From contig MQRK01216488.1 of the NCBI GenBank assembly GCA_001938485.1, forward strand, positions 1 to 54,079: a DNA stretch of 54,079 nucleotides. Reading direction: 5' to 3'. The position numbers and the translations under genes were made by a program. Below, one piece after another: positions 38,326 through 46,934 of this stretch (positions within the stretch are counted from its first letter, which is position 1; the number at the start of each line of letters is the position of its first letter). Source of the DNA: Girardia tigrina (lineage: Eukaryota). The notes beneath the pieces were generated by a model. It was given only the letters and a program-made list of their open reading frames with translations, made no database searches and was not told the origin of the DNA.

Positions 38326-39078
38326 TTAACGAGCTGCTCGAGGGGGAGAAGATGATCGAGGAGGAGGATAAGTAATAGCTTTATCAGTTAGTTTTAACTC
38401 TTTAATACTTCTTATTCCTATAACTAAATTAATTTTACAACCATTAAAATTAATTAAATTTCCATTTTGATCTTGTATTCTAAATTTGACCTCTGCATCA
38501 TCATTCCTACGCTCAAATTTGGCAAATATGGGATAATTTACTTCTTTAATATTTTTTTTCCCAAAAGAAATATCTTCTAAAGGAAAGGAATACAGAATGC
38601 CACTTTCTTGCAATGAATCACACCAAATATTTATCGTATCAACGGGATATATTTCTGGAAGTTTTACACCAATGTTAATACTATCTTTATAAACTTTCTC
38701 TTCAAAACCTAATAAGTTATAGAAACCATGTTTAAGATCAACTTGATAATTTGGAGAAAGTTTCATTATAACTCTGCCATTATAGGGTTGTATATAAAAT
38801 GATATTTTTCCTTCCCCAACTTCTTTGGCTATTTCAGAATTTAAATCTTTTAATTCATAAAATCCATTAGGTAGTTGAATAGCCAAAAATGTATCCCCAT
38901 TATCCGCAGAATATAGGAACAGATTATTTTCATCTGTAATATTATAAATTGTATTATAACAAGAAAACCAAACTACTCCAAACTCTGTATTATCCGGAAA
39001 CATAGTTCCTAGACGTAATTTTATTTTAAACTCTGATGAGTAAGTTGTTGTTTTGACTATGTCAGATGTCACGAACAT
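38326..39078 (-). CDS. Penton/minor capsid protein 2 (paralog)
   Basis: WFSCYNTIYNITDENN.F...PNGFYEL...ILYSFP...RIQDQNGNLINFNG, colinear with the adjacent penton. Confidence 0.85.
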   Translation of the reverse strand: MFVTSDIVKTTTYSSEFKIKLRLGTMFPDNTEFGVVWFSCYNTIYNITDENNLFLYSADNGDTFLAIQLPNGFYELKDLNSEIAKEVGEGKISFYIQPYNGRVIMKLSPNYQVDLKHGFYNLLGFEEKVYKDSINIGVKLPEIYPVDTINIWCDSLQESGILYSFPLEDISFGKKNIKEVNYPIFAKFERRNDDAEVKFRIQDQNGNLINFNGCKINLVIGIRSIKELKLTDKAITYPPPRSSSPPRAAR

Positions 39079-39094
39079 TTTCTTTCTTTAACAT

Positions 39095-39907
39095 CTATTT
39101 ATAATTTTTATCTAAAATCTTTTTATATTTTTCAGTTGTTATAATTTTTGTCTCTAATAATCTCTTCAAGATAGCATTTACTTGATTGTAAGTGTTGTCA
39201 TGTCCAGCTTTCTTCGCAGCTAATAACTTTCTCAACTCGATAAATAGTAAAATTGGATTATCTGGAAGATAGTGGATGTATTCTTTATCCTCAAGATCAT
39301 AACCATCGCCTTCAATTTCTTCAAATTGTACACCAGCTTTAATTTTAAGATGTTTATGATATTTTCCTGTATTTTCTTTTACTTTTGCATCTTTTAATAT
39401 TTGTAAATACTTCTTAATCTCTTCTTTATCTTCACTACCATGACCACCTATTAACTTCTTTAACTCATGTGTAAACGGGAATATGCCTTCTTTTCCATTA
39501 CTAATTCCATATTTTGATAGATTGATTATTTTAGGATTGTTTTCATCATCACCAGCTATCATATGTACAACACCATTAATTGTCATAGCATGGTTTCCTC
39601 CAACTTTATGAATAATGGGGCGTATAGTTGTTGGAAGATTCTCTAAGATTTCAAAATCTATGTTAAATGATTTATAACTATTTTGTCTTAAAAATTTATT
39701 TACTATCTCTTCTTTATTTTTGTCCAAAATTTGAAGTTGGTGAGGTGGATTAATACTTTCCATCTGATTAGTTGCTTCTTTTTTAATCTTTTCCATCTCA
39801 ACAACTGTATTAACTAAACCTAAATGTTGATTTGCTTTCTCCGTTTTTATTTCTTTTTGTTCCTTCACTAACTTTTTTAAATATTCTAATCTTTCTTCGA
39901 ACACCAT
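39095..39907 (-). CDS. Conserved Polinton PZ-like protein
   Basis: C-terminal LPDNPILLFIELRKLLAAKKAGH....NQVNAIL..L motif, preceded by IEGDG. Confidence 0.7.
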   Translation of the reverse strand: MVFEERLEYLKKLVKEQKEIKTEKANQHLGLVNTVVEMEKIKKEATNQMESINPPHQLQILDKNKEEIVNKFLRQNSYKSFNIDFEILENLPTTIRPIIHKVGGNHAMTINGVVHMIAGDDENNPKIINLSKYGISNGKEGIFPFTHELKKLIGGHGSEDKEEIKKYLQILKDAKVKENTGKYHKHLKIKAGVQFEEIEGDGYDLEDKEYIHYLPDNPILLFIELRKLLAAKKAGHDNTYNQVNAILKRLLETKIITTEKYKKILDKNYK

Positions 39908-39922
39908 TTTTTTATTTAAAAA

Positions 39923-40159
39923 ATGGAAAAAAATTCTGAAACTGAATATTATTCACAAGTAATTATATTTGAAGATGGCTCTCGTGGAAAAATATTAATC
40001 CCGAAAAGAGTAATTATGGATACATTAGCTAGTAGTGAAATTGACAAAATGTCCATAAATTCTGACTATATCGGTGTTTTTGATAAAGTTCAAGAACTTT
40101 TAAACGAAGAAACAAATTTATTAAAACAGATAACCGAAAATAAAACAATCATAATTTAA
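39923..40159 (+). CDS. Small hypothetical protein
   Basis: 78-aa ORF with the same TAAAAAATG start context as other element genes. Confidence 0.5.
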   Translation: MEKNSETEYYSQVIIFEDGSRGKILIPKRVIMDTLASSEIDKMSINSDYIGVFDKVQELLNEETNLLKQITENKTIII

Positions 40160-40346
40160 TAACTAAATTAAGTCATCATGCATTTGAATATTTTTGTTCG
40201 CTTGAGCCTATTGGGGATGAGAAATATAAGAAAGTTTTTAAAATGCTGCAAGAAACTTTAATGTTAGAATTAGAATTATTTAATAAATTCATCAAAGTTA
40301 AAGACGATAGTATGAAGATATTAGCATGTATAGATAGTGAACCTCC

Positions 40347-41135
40347 TCAATAACTAAAAATATCATTTCGAATAACTAGGTCACCTTCTCGGTTAAATGC
40401 GAGATATCCATACTTTTCTTGCCATACTTTTGTCAAATCATTAAATTCGTCCGCTTCAATTTCATTACTTAGTAAATCTGAATAGATTAAACTCTTGTCT
40501 TTTTTGTTCAATTTAAACAAAATTACATAGTTAGAGTTTGCTCTGATACTACGTTTGTCTAAATCGAACCAAGATTGTGAAAGATAAATGACATTTACAT
40601 TTTGATGGCGTCCTCTTGTGAAATATTTTTCCATAATATTTTGGTTTTTCTCATTTTTACAATCATCAAAAACTATTAAATTTTTCTTATTTTTCGGTAA
40701 CTTCTCTGGAGGAATGACGTCATTCACATTATCGAAAAACTTTACACTTATGTTCTCGTTATCGGGGTGTTTAATTGCATACTGTTCTACAACTTCTTCA
40801 ATCGAAATATTTTCATCTTTAAACAATGTTTCTTGATTTTCAAAGATATATCTTATAGATTTTTTACTTAAATTATTTTCAAAACCGTTAAAAACTATCT
40901 GATATTCAGGTTGTGACAATGTTTTACTGAATATTATTAAGTTGTTATAATCGAGAAAGTTGTCAGTTAATAACATTCTTAACAATAAATTAGTCTTTCC
41001 ACACCCTGATGAGCCAACGATTAGCATCCTAAAACAAGATGGCAAGTTAGGATGATGAGAAAATGTAATTTTATTCATCTTGAAAATTGGATTGAACGGC
41101 TTTACCCCTTTAGTTTCAGTGGAAAATAATGCCAT
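40347..41135 (-). CDS. A32/FtsK-like DNA packaging ATPase
   Basis: Walker A GSSGCGKT, Walker B LIVFDD, FTRGRH...YLSQ, IRAN. Confidence 0.95.
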   Translation of the reverse strand: MALFSTETKGVKPFNPIFKMNKITFSHHPNLPSCFRMLIVGSSGCGKTNLLLRMLLTDNFLDYNNLIIFSKTLSQPEYQIVFNGFENNLSKKSIRYIFENQETLFKDENISIEEVVEQYAIKHPDNENISVKFFDNVNDVIPPEKLPKNKKNLIVFDDCKNEKNQNIMEKYFTRGRHQNVNVIYLSQSWFDLDKRSIRANSNYVILFKLNKKDKSLIYSDLLSNEIEADEFNDLTKVWQEKYGYLAFNREGDLVIRNDIFSY

Positions 41136-41151
41136 TTTTATGCTTTAAAAA

Positions 41152-41340
41152 ATGGAAAACACGACAAATGTTTTAAATTATGAATTCGAAAAAGTCTTAT
41201 CAGTTTTTGACAAGTATTCAATAAAAATAAGTAGTGATGTTTTATTTTATAAAATAGTAAGTTTTGTATTATTTATGTGTTTTATTTTTAGTTTTTTATT
41301 TGTTTTCCGTAAAACTGACCAGCTTGCTTCATTCTTCTAA
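41152..41340 (+). CDS. Possible small membrane protein
   Basis: 62 aa with one hydrophobic stretch and TAAAAAATG context; the hydrophobic part overlaps the 3' end of the antisense ORF. Confidence 0.3.
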   Translation: MENTTNVLNYEFEKVLSVFDKYSIKISSDVLFYKIVSFVLFMCFIFSFLFVFRKTDQLASFF

Positions 41341-41674
41341 GTAATCGATTTTTAGAATCGTCACTGTTTACAATAATAGATTCTTGTTTCTTTATTGCTG
41401 AAATCTTTTGAATTTTCTCTAAGTTTGGAATTGAGATTAATTCTTTCATTTTACTGTTTTCTTCCTCTAAGACTTCTATTTCTTTATCCATAAATAAAAT
41501 TGTATTGGTTTGTTTCTCGACCACATCTCTTAATAAGAAAGCATCAACCATGTTTTGCTTTCCAATGATTTCCTTTGTCGCATAATTACATTTATTATAT
41601 TCTTCAAGTTTCAATTCTAAAGCTTCTTTATTTCCTTGATCTTCTTTAGCTTGATTATAAAGCTCGATTTCCAT
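41288..41674 (-). CDS. Coiled-coil hypothetical protein
   Basis: 128-aa ORF with the conserved start context. Confidence 0.6.
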   Translation of the reverse strand: MEIELYNQAKEDQGNKEALELKLEEYNKCNYATKEIIGKQNMVDAFLLRDVVEKQTNTILFMDKEIEVLEEENSKMKELISIPNLEKIQKISAIKKQESIIVNSDDSKNRLLRRMKQAGQFYGKQIKN

Positions 41675-41692
41675 TTTTTTAAGGAAAAAATA

Positions 41693-42202
41693 TTATAATT
41701 TGGAAGCTTCGAGTAAATCGCTTAGTTCACTAGGATTTTGAGTGAGCTGCTTTGTATTCTGAGCATTTATTCGTTGTTTATTTTGTATCGACTCGTTGTT
41801 GACTAAATGCCCACTTTTGTCCACTTGTGGCATTGAAGATATTTCAATCTGCTTTTTATATTCTGAATAAACATCGAGATGTTTTGCTCTTGTATGTGCC
41901 AACATTCCAGCTGTATTTTTGGAAACAAACTCACAACTACTGCACTTAGATGGTTTAAAGGATGTTTTTTGTTTTCTTTTCTTAAAGACTTCTTCATTTA
42001 TATCAGATGAATACCTTTGTAAAGTTCTCTCAGAAATATTTAGCTGTTTTGCTACTTCTTTCTTTGTAGTTTTTGGATTGTCTAATTTAATAGACAATGC
42101 TTTATCTAAAGTAGCAAGTTTGTAAAATGTATTTATTGACCTTGTGTCAACACCATTATAATTATTCATGGAATATTGTAAAAATGAAATGTTATTTGAC
42201 AT
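41693..42202 (-). CDS. HTH plus C2H2 zinc-finger DNA-binding protein
   Basis: TKKEVAKQLNISERTLQRY (HTH); CSSC...AHTRAKH (C2H2). Confidence 0.8.
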   Translation of the reverse strand: MSNNISFLQYSMNNYNGVDTRSINTFYKLATLDKALSIKLDNPKTTKKEVAKQLNISERTLQRYSSDINEEVFKKRKQKTSFKPSKCSSCEFVSKNTAGMLAHTRAKHLDVYSEYKKQIEISSMPQVDKSGHLVNNESIQNKQRINAQNTKQLTQNPSELSDLLEASKL

Positions 42203-42217
42203 TTTTAAAACAAAAAA

Positions 42218-42760
42218 TTAAATATTTTTATAAGGATTTAAAAATAATCCATCTCCGGAATGTTTAATTTCTATTCCACGCTTCAAATTTTTAAGAATTG
42301 TCTTAATGGTTTTCTTTTCTGGATTTTGAAGATTTGAAGTTTTTAAAATATTTCTCAAATAATCAGAGATTCCTCTTCCTTGATAAGGATCTAAAAATAA
42401 TCCCGATGCTGCTTTTTCTATTGTTCCAGATGTCCCAGATGTTCCAGATGTTCCAACTTTTTCTTTCAAACGTCGCAACTCTTCTTCAGCTAATTTTTTC
42501 TGAGCATCAGCTTTTTTACTCTCTTTTACAGATTGTACAACTCCAGCAACTCCTCCAGCTGCTCCAGCTGCTCCACCAACAACTGACATAATCAGAGGGA
42601 TTATTGCTGCTAATGGTAATATTCCTCCTTTTTCTTGTAAATGTTTTTTTATATGTGCAATTATCTTTTTCGAGATATAAACTCTTTTCCCATCTAAAGT
42701 TATAGCTTTTGGAACACCTGTTGCAATTATATTTTTTAACTCTTCTTCCAAATTCGACAT
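42218..42760 (-). CDS. Virion core/membrane-lytic precursor (adenovirus pVI/pX-like, cupiennin-type)
   Basis: KGG followed by amphipathic ILPLAAIIPLIMSVVGGAAG; two GLFL.PY motifs. Confidence 0.7.
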   Translation of the reverse strand: MSNLEEELKNIIATGVPKAITLDGKRVYISKKIIAHIKKHLQEKGGILPLAAIIPLIMSVVGGAAGAAGGVAGVVQSVKESKKADAQKKLAEEELRRLKEKVGTSGTSGTSGTIEKAASGLFLDPYQGRGISDYLRNILKTSNLQNPEKKTIKTILKNLKRGIEIKHSGDGLFLNPYKNI

Positions 42761-42825
42761 TTTATTCCTTTTTAAAGTAAAAAATTTAAAGATATTTTAA
42801 AATTTTTTTATTAAAAAATAAGAAA

Positions 42826-44136
42826 ATGGAAGAAGATTTATCACAGAGGCAATTGTTTAATTTGGACAGAACTTTAAATTTTCTCCACGATTTAAAGAAA
42901 GAAGATTATTTAAGAGTTGCTGCTAGTGTAGATTCTTCAACAAATTTAAATAAGAATGGTGATATAAAGTTTCAAATTAATCAAACAAGTAATCCTTTAA
43001 ATTTAGGAGCAGAATTCTTTTATTACAAGATTAAACTATCAGGATTTGTTGTAGACTCGACTGTAACTTTAGAAAACAATTTTTTCCCGAGAATGTTTGA
43101 AAATATGAGATTACAATTAGGATCAGCAGAAATTGAAAACATAGGAAATTGTGGAGAATTTTCAAGTATGTTAAATTTTGTAATGTTAGACAAACCAACA
43201 GTTGAAACATATGGAGAATCGATAGGATGGATACCGGATACAGGTAAAGGAAGTGAGAAGAATCCTAATTTTGCTATAAGAAAAGAATTATATCAAGGTG
43301 ATGGAAAACTGAAAGCTGATACATCTTATTCATTCGATGGAAGATTCCCATTAAATACTTTGTTTGGATTCTTAGAAAATTATAATAGAGTTGTATTTTT
43401 GTTACCTATCAATATTATTTTAAATAGAAGGTTAAATGATGAAGATATTTTATATGGAACTGGAACAGGAGCTGGTGCAGATGCAAAGAAACCAACAGGA
43501 AAAGTTGAAATAGAATCATTAGAGCTATGGATTCCGGAATTAACTGTTAATCCAAGAAGTGAGGTAACTTTATTGGAAAGATTGAATAAAGATAAACCTA
43601 TCTCTGTAAATTTTCTAAATAGAAATGGAACCACAAATGAACTTTCAGCTGGAAGTACAAATATAAGTTGGAAAGTAAGTTTAACAAATTCTAGACCGAG
43701 ATATGTTTTAGTAGCTTTCAAAGATTTAACTACTTCAATTGAGAAAAATAATTCCTTGTTTATTCAAAAAGATGGAGCTAATACTATAACAAGTTTAAGA
43801 GTTCAGATTAATAACTCTTACTATCCTATAAATAAGATGGAGTTTGACGCTGTAGGAAATAAACAGATGGAACCGTATTTAGCTTATGTGAAAATGTGTA
43901 AAGAATTTAATGTTTTGCCACAGTTAAATATTAGAGATTTTAAAAATTTATACTCAATTTTCTGTTTTGATGTTTCTGCTCAAAATGAAAAACTTTCTGT
44001 AAATGGTTGTGATATCACAGTTCACATTACAAAATCAACTGATTTTAAAGCAAAAGCATATTGTTTAATTTTAGAAGAGAAACATTGTCAGATACAAACA
44101 AAGAATGGAAAGATGTTTACTGTTGAAATGATTTAA
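42826..44136 (+). CDS. Major capsid protein (double jelly-roll)
   Basis: 436 aa, intact; IESLELWIP, RPRYVLVAF, LRVQINNSYYP, FKNLYSIFCFDVS motifs of Polinton MCPs. Confidence 0.88.
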   Translation: MEEDLSQRQLFNLDRTLNFLHDLKKEDYLRVAASVDSSTNLNKNGDIKFQINQTSNPLNLGAEFFYYKIKLSGFVVDSTVTLENNFFPRMFENMRLQLGSAEIENIGNCGEFSSMLNFVMLDKPTVETYGESIGWIPDTGKGSEKNPNFAIRKELYQGDGKLKADTSYSFDGRFPLNTLFGFLENYNRVVFLLPINIILNRRLNDEDILYGTGTGAGADAKKPTGKVEIESLELWIPELTVNPRSEVTLLERLNKDKPISVNFLNRNGTTNELSAGSTNISWKVSLTNSRPRYVLVAFKDLTTSIEKNNSLFIQKDGANTITSLRVQINNSYYPINKMEFDAVGNKQMEPYLAYVKMCKEFNVLPQLNIRDFKNLYSIFCFDVSAQNEKLSVNGCDITVHITKSTDFKAKAYCLILEEKHCQIQTKNGKMFTVEMI

Positions 44137-44211
44137 AAAGTATGAGTAAAACGATGAGAAAACGATGAGGCAAAAAAAGTGATGAGAAAACGATGATTTC
44201 AAACACAAAAA

Positions 44212-45516
44212 TTACGATTTTTGTAATTCATTTGTATAAAATCTTCCTAATATTTTTTCTCCATTTAAATCAATAATCGAATAAACTATAGGATTTGTTT
44301 TATGAACTTCACTTATAACAAACACCTCTTTAGACCACTTATGGGTAAAACCTTTTTCAAATTTGTTTTTCCATTTAAAAATTCTAACATGATCACCAAT
44401 TTTAAATTTTGGAATATCTTTTTGGATTTCTTCTTTATTTTCTTCTTTGATCACATCAGGATTATCAGATGCTTCTTCAGGAGAAACTCCTATTGTTCTG
44501 TGGATTTTATGGTTGTAAAAATTTAACACTTTAGGTAATATTTTTAACCATTTTTGATTTCCTTGCATTGTAAACTCTTTCCACATAAAATTTTTTAAAG
44601 TTTTATTAAATCTTTCTATAACAGGATTATGTGATGGACCTTGACTTCTTTCATCGGGTTGATTAAAAGTTGAATAGATTTCTATCTTGTTTTGCTTTAA
44701 GAAGTCTAAAAATGTTTTGTTGTAAAATTCTGATCCGTGATCAACGTATAATTTTTTAGGAATTCTTTCTTCTTCAAATAAAATTTCAAAAGTATTTTTA
44801 ATCGCATTTCCTGTTTTATTTTTTAAAGGGAAAGCCCATGCGTATTTTGTATATAAATCTATAATTGTTAAAATGTATTTATAATCTTCATCTTTTTTCA
44901 TTTCAACTAAATCCGCTCCCCAAATATCATCTTTGTTAAAAACTTTAACTTTTAAAAATGTTTTAGGTTTTCTATATTCTTTATGTAATTCTTGTGTAAG
45001 ACGAAGTCTATTCCCTTCCGAGGAAGCCAGAAGTTCATTTTTATTTTCATTTTCATTAGATATTTCACCACCAAACATAATTTTTAATTTCATAGCATTT
45101 TTGACAAGTGTTCTTGCAATTCTTTCTCCAAATGTTGGCTTTTTAATTTCGTTTAAATCCTGAATTAAATCAATATCCGCCTTTTGCCTTGAACGAATAT
45201 CTTCGTTGTTATAAGCAATATCATGTTTTAAACATGCATTATCAACACGATTTATTGGTTCTTCTCCAGGATTTGGTTGATTATTCCCATCTAATCTGAT
45301 GTCTAAACGTGTTCCAGGTCCTGCATAAGCATAGCCCGGAAGATGATGTTCTCCTTTATATTTAGACCATGGAAAGTCTGGTAACTTTTTTGAAATTGTT
45401 TGAAGGTCTCCTCCTTTTGGAGAAAGACTTAAATGTTTTTTAGTTTGTTCGTGCCTAACTTTATTAGCTTTTGAAACAAATTTTCCACATATTGTACAGA
45501 AATGATTATTACTCAT
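44212..45516 (-). CDS. C2H2 finger - parvovirus-type phospholipase A2 - retroviral-like (rve) integrase fusion
   Basis: CTIC..HEQTKKH; HLPGYAYAGPGT..DNACLKHDIAY..AD; WGADLVEM, YVDHGSEFYN, VIERFNKTLK; one uninterrupted ORF; no chromodomain. Confidence 0.92.
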   Translation of the reverse strand: MSNNHFCTICGKFVSKANKVRHEQTKKHLSLSPKGGDLQTISKKLPDFPWSKYKGEHHLPGYAYAGPGTRLDIRLDGNNQPNPGEEPINRVDNACLKHDIAYNNEDIRSRQKADIDLIQDLNEIKKPTFGERIARTLVKNAMKLKIMFGGEISNENENKNELLASSEGNRLRLTQELHKEYRKPKTFLKVKVFNKDDIWGADLVEMKKDEDYKYILTIIDLYTKYAWAFPLKNKTGNAIKNTFEILFEEERIPKKLYVDHGSEFYNKTFLDFLKQNKIEIYSTFNQPDERSQGPSHNPVIERFNKTLKNFMWKEFTMQGNQKWLKILPKVLNFYNHKIHRTIGVSPEEASDNPDVIKEENKEEIQKDIPKFKIGDHVRIFKWKNKFEKGFTHKWSKEVFVISEVHKTNPIVYSIIDLNGEKILGRFYTNELQKS

Positions 45517-45789
45517 TTTTTAATTCATTAAAATAATAAAAATAGATTTATATATTTATTTACAAATACTCTTAGCTGCATATTCAGCGATTAAATTATT
45601 TCGAACTGCTTTATCAATATCTTTGGAAAGTTTCATTACTTGATTCTGATGTCGCACAGTAGCAAGAAACATTCTTTATTTTATAATCGCCATATTTTTT
45701 ACAATTCCTTTTTTAATTTGAAAAATAAGTTTATGTTTTTACTAATAACCCATTCCCATGCTGTGGGAATCTATAAATAGTAACATATA

Positions 45790-45987
45790 TTAGATCTCTT
45801 TTAAACAAGTAGAACATCTCCATATATCTTTACTACAATCACAATCCTTGTAACATCCAACACCCCAATTTGAACCTGAACAATCTTTACCTAATTTAAT
45901 CACAGTACATAAAGTTTCTTTCTTACAAAAACCACAATACACTTCATTTTGAAAACCTACACCAAATACATTCTGATTAGTATTCAT
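45790..45987 (-). CDS. Small Cys-rich (putative Zn-ribbon) protein
   Basis: 65 aa with CGFC, C...CDC and CSTC; TAAATG start. Confidence 0.5.
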   Translation of the reverse strand: MNTNQNVFGVGFQNEVYCGFCKKETLCTVIKLGKDCSGSNWGVGCYKDCDCSKDIWRCSTCLKEI

Positions 45988-46031
45988 TTATTTTTTATCA
46001 TATTTTTTGATAAATCCTTGTGTTAAATTTC

Positions 46032-46130
46032 GCTAAAATTGCTAAAATTGCTAAAATTGCTAAAATTGTTAAAATTGTTAAAATTGTTAAAATTGTTAAA
46101 ATTGGTAAAATTGTTAAAATTGTTAAAATC
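46032..46130. repeat. 9-bp tandem repeat, 11 copies
   Basis: gctaaaatt x4 followed by gttaaaatt-type x7. Confidence 0.95.
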
Positions 46131-46242
46131 GTAGCAGTAGTAATAGTAGCCTTCGAACAGACGCACCAAATCTGAGTAGTAAGGAAATGGCAGACATAAG
46201 CCAATATGAATTTCATGGGTTTTTTGGCAAAATTTTGACAAA

Positions 46243-46934
46243 TTTTACAGATTTTAAAAAATTAAATTTTTCACTAAAAAGTCAGTTTTTTTTGAAAATT
46301 TTTATTTTTTGAAAAGTTGTATTTTTGGGGTAATTTTGGTGAAATTTCATTATTTTTAGAGACTTAAGAAAATTTTAATTTTTTTAAATTTTCTATAAAT
46401 GAGATGGAAAATGGATTAAAATGTGTGATTTCTAGAAATTTTAAATTTTTTTATTTTTTTTCATATCATTTTTACCAGTTTTTAGCAATTTTTACAGATT
46501 TTAAAAAATTAAATTTTTCCCTAAAAAAGTCAGTTTTTTTGAAAATTTTTATTTTTTGAAAAGTTGTATTTTTTAGGGTAATTTTGGTGAAATTTGAACA
46601 TTTTATTGGAGTTAAGAAATTTTGAATTTTTAGTAATTTCCTATGAATGAGATGAAAAAAGGATTAAAATGTGTGATTTCTAGAAATTTTAAATTTTTTT
46701 ATTTTTTTATAAGTTGTCCGGAGTAGTATAAAAAGGGGGGACTCTAGATCCACAGCGAATGAGTGAGTTTCGAGGGGCTTTGAGGGAGGTTTGAGGAGCG
46801 AGCGACGAAAAACCGGACGAAAAGACACCGAAACGAACGAAATGAGCGGTTTTTTCGGCCTTGAGGCGCGAGCGAAGCGAGCGACGAAAAGGTCGAAAAA
46901 AGTTGGGTCTAGAGTCCCCCCTTTTTATACTACT
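46243..46934 (-). repeat. Right TIR with a tandemly duplicated ~220-245 bp subterminal unit
   Basis: 46243-46460 resembles 46490-46710; terminal cassette at 46722-46934. Confidence 0.88.

Larger units (their letters stand above)
28085..46934. mobile_element. Full-length Polinton/Maverick (adintovirus-like), ~18.8 kb including two nested insertions; decayed copy
   Basis: AGTAGT...ACTACT termini, ATGGAA TSD at 28079-28084 and 46935-46940, long TIRs, and pPolB, integrase, ATPase, adenain, MCP and penton genes. Confidence 0.97.

Noticed and set aside
45998-46241. ORFs with ILT/NNF repeats
   Set aside because: Translations of the 9-bp tandem repeat
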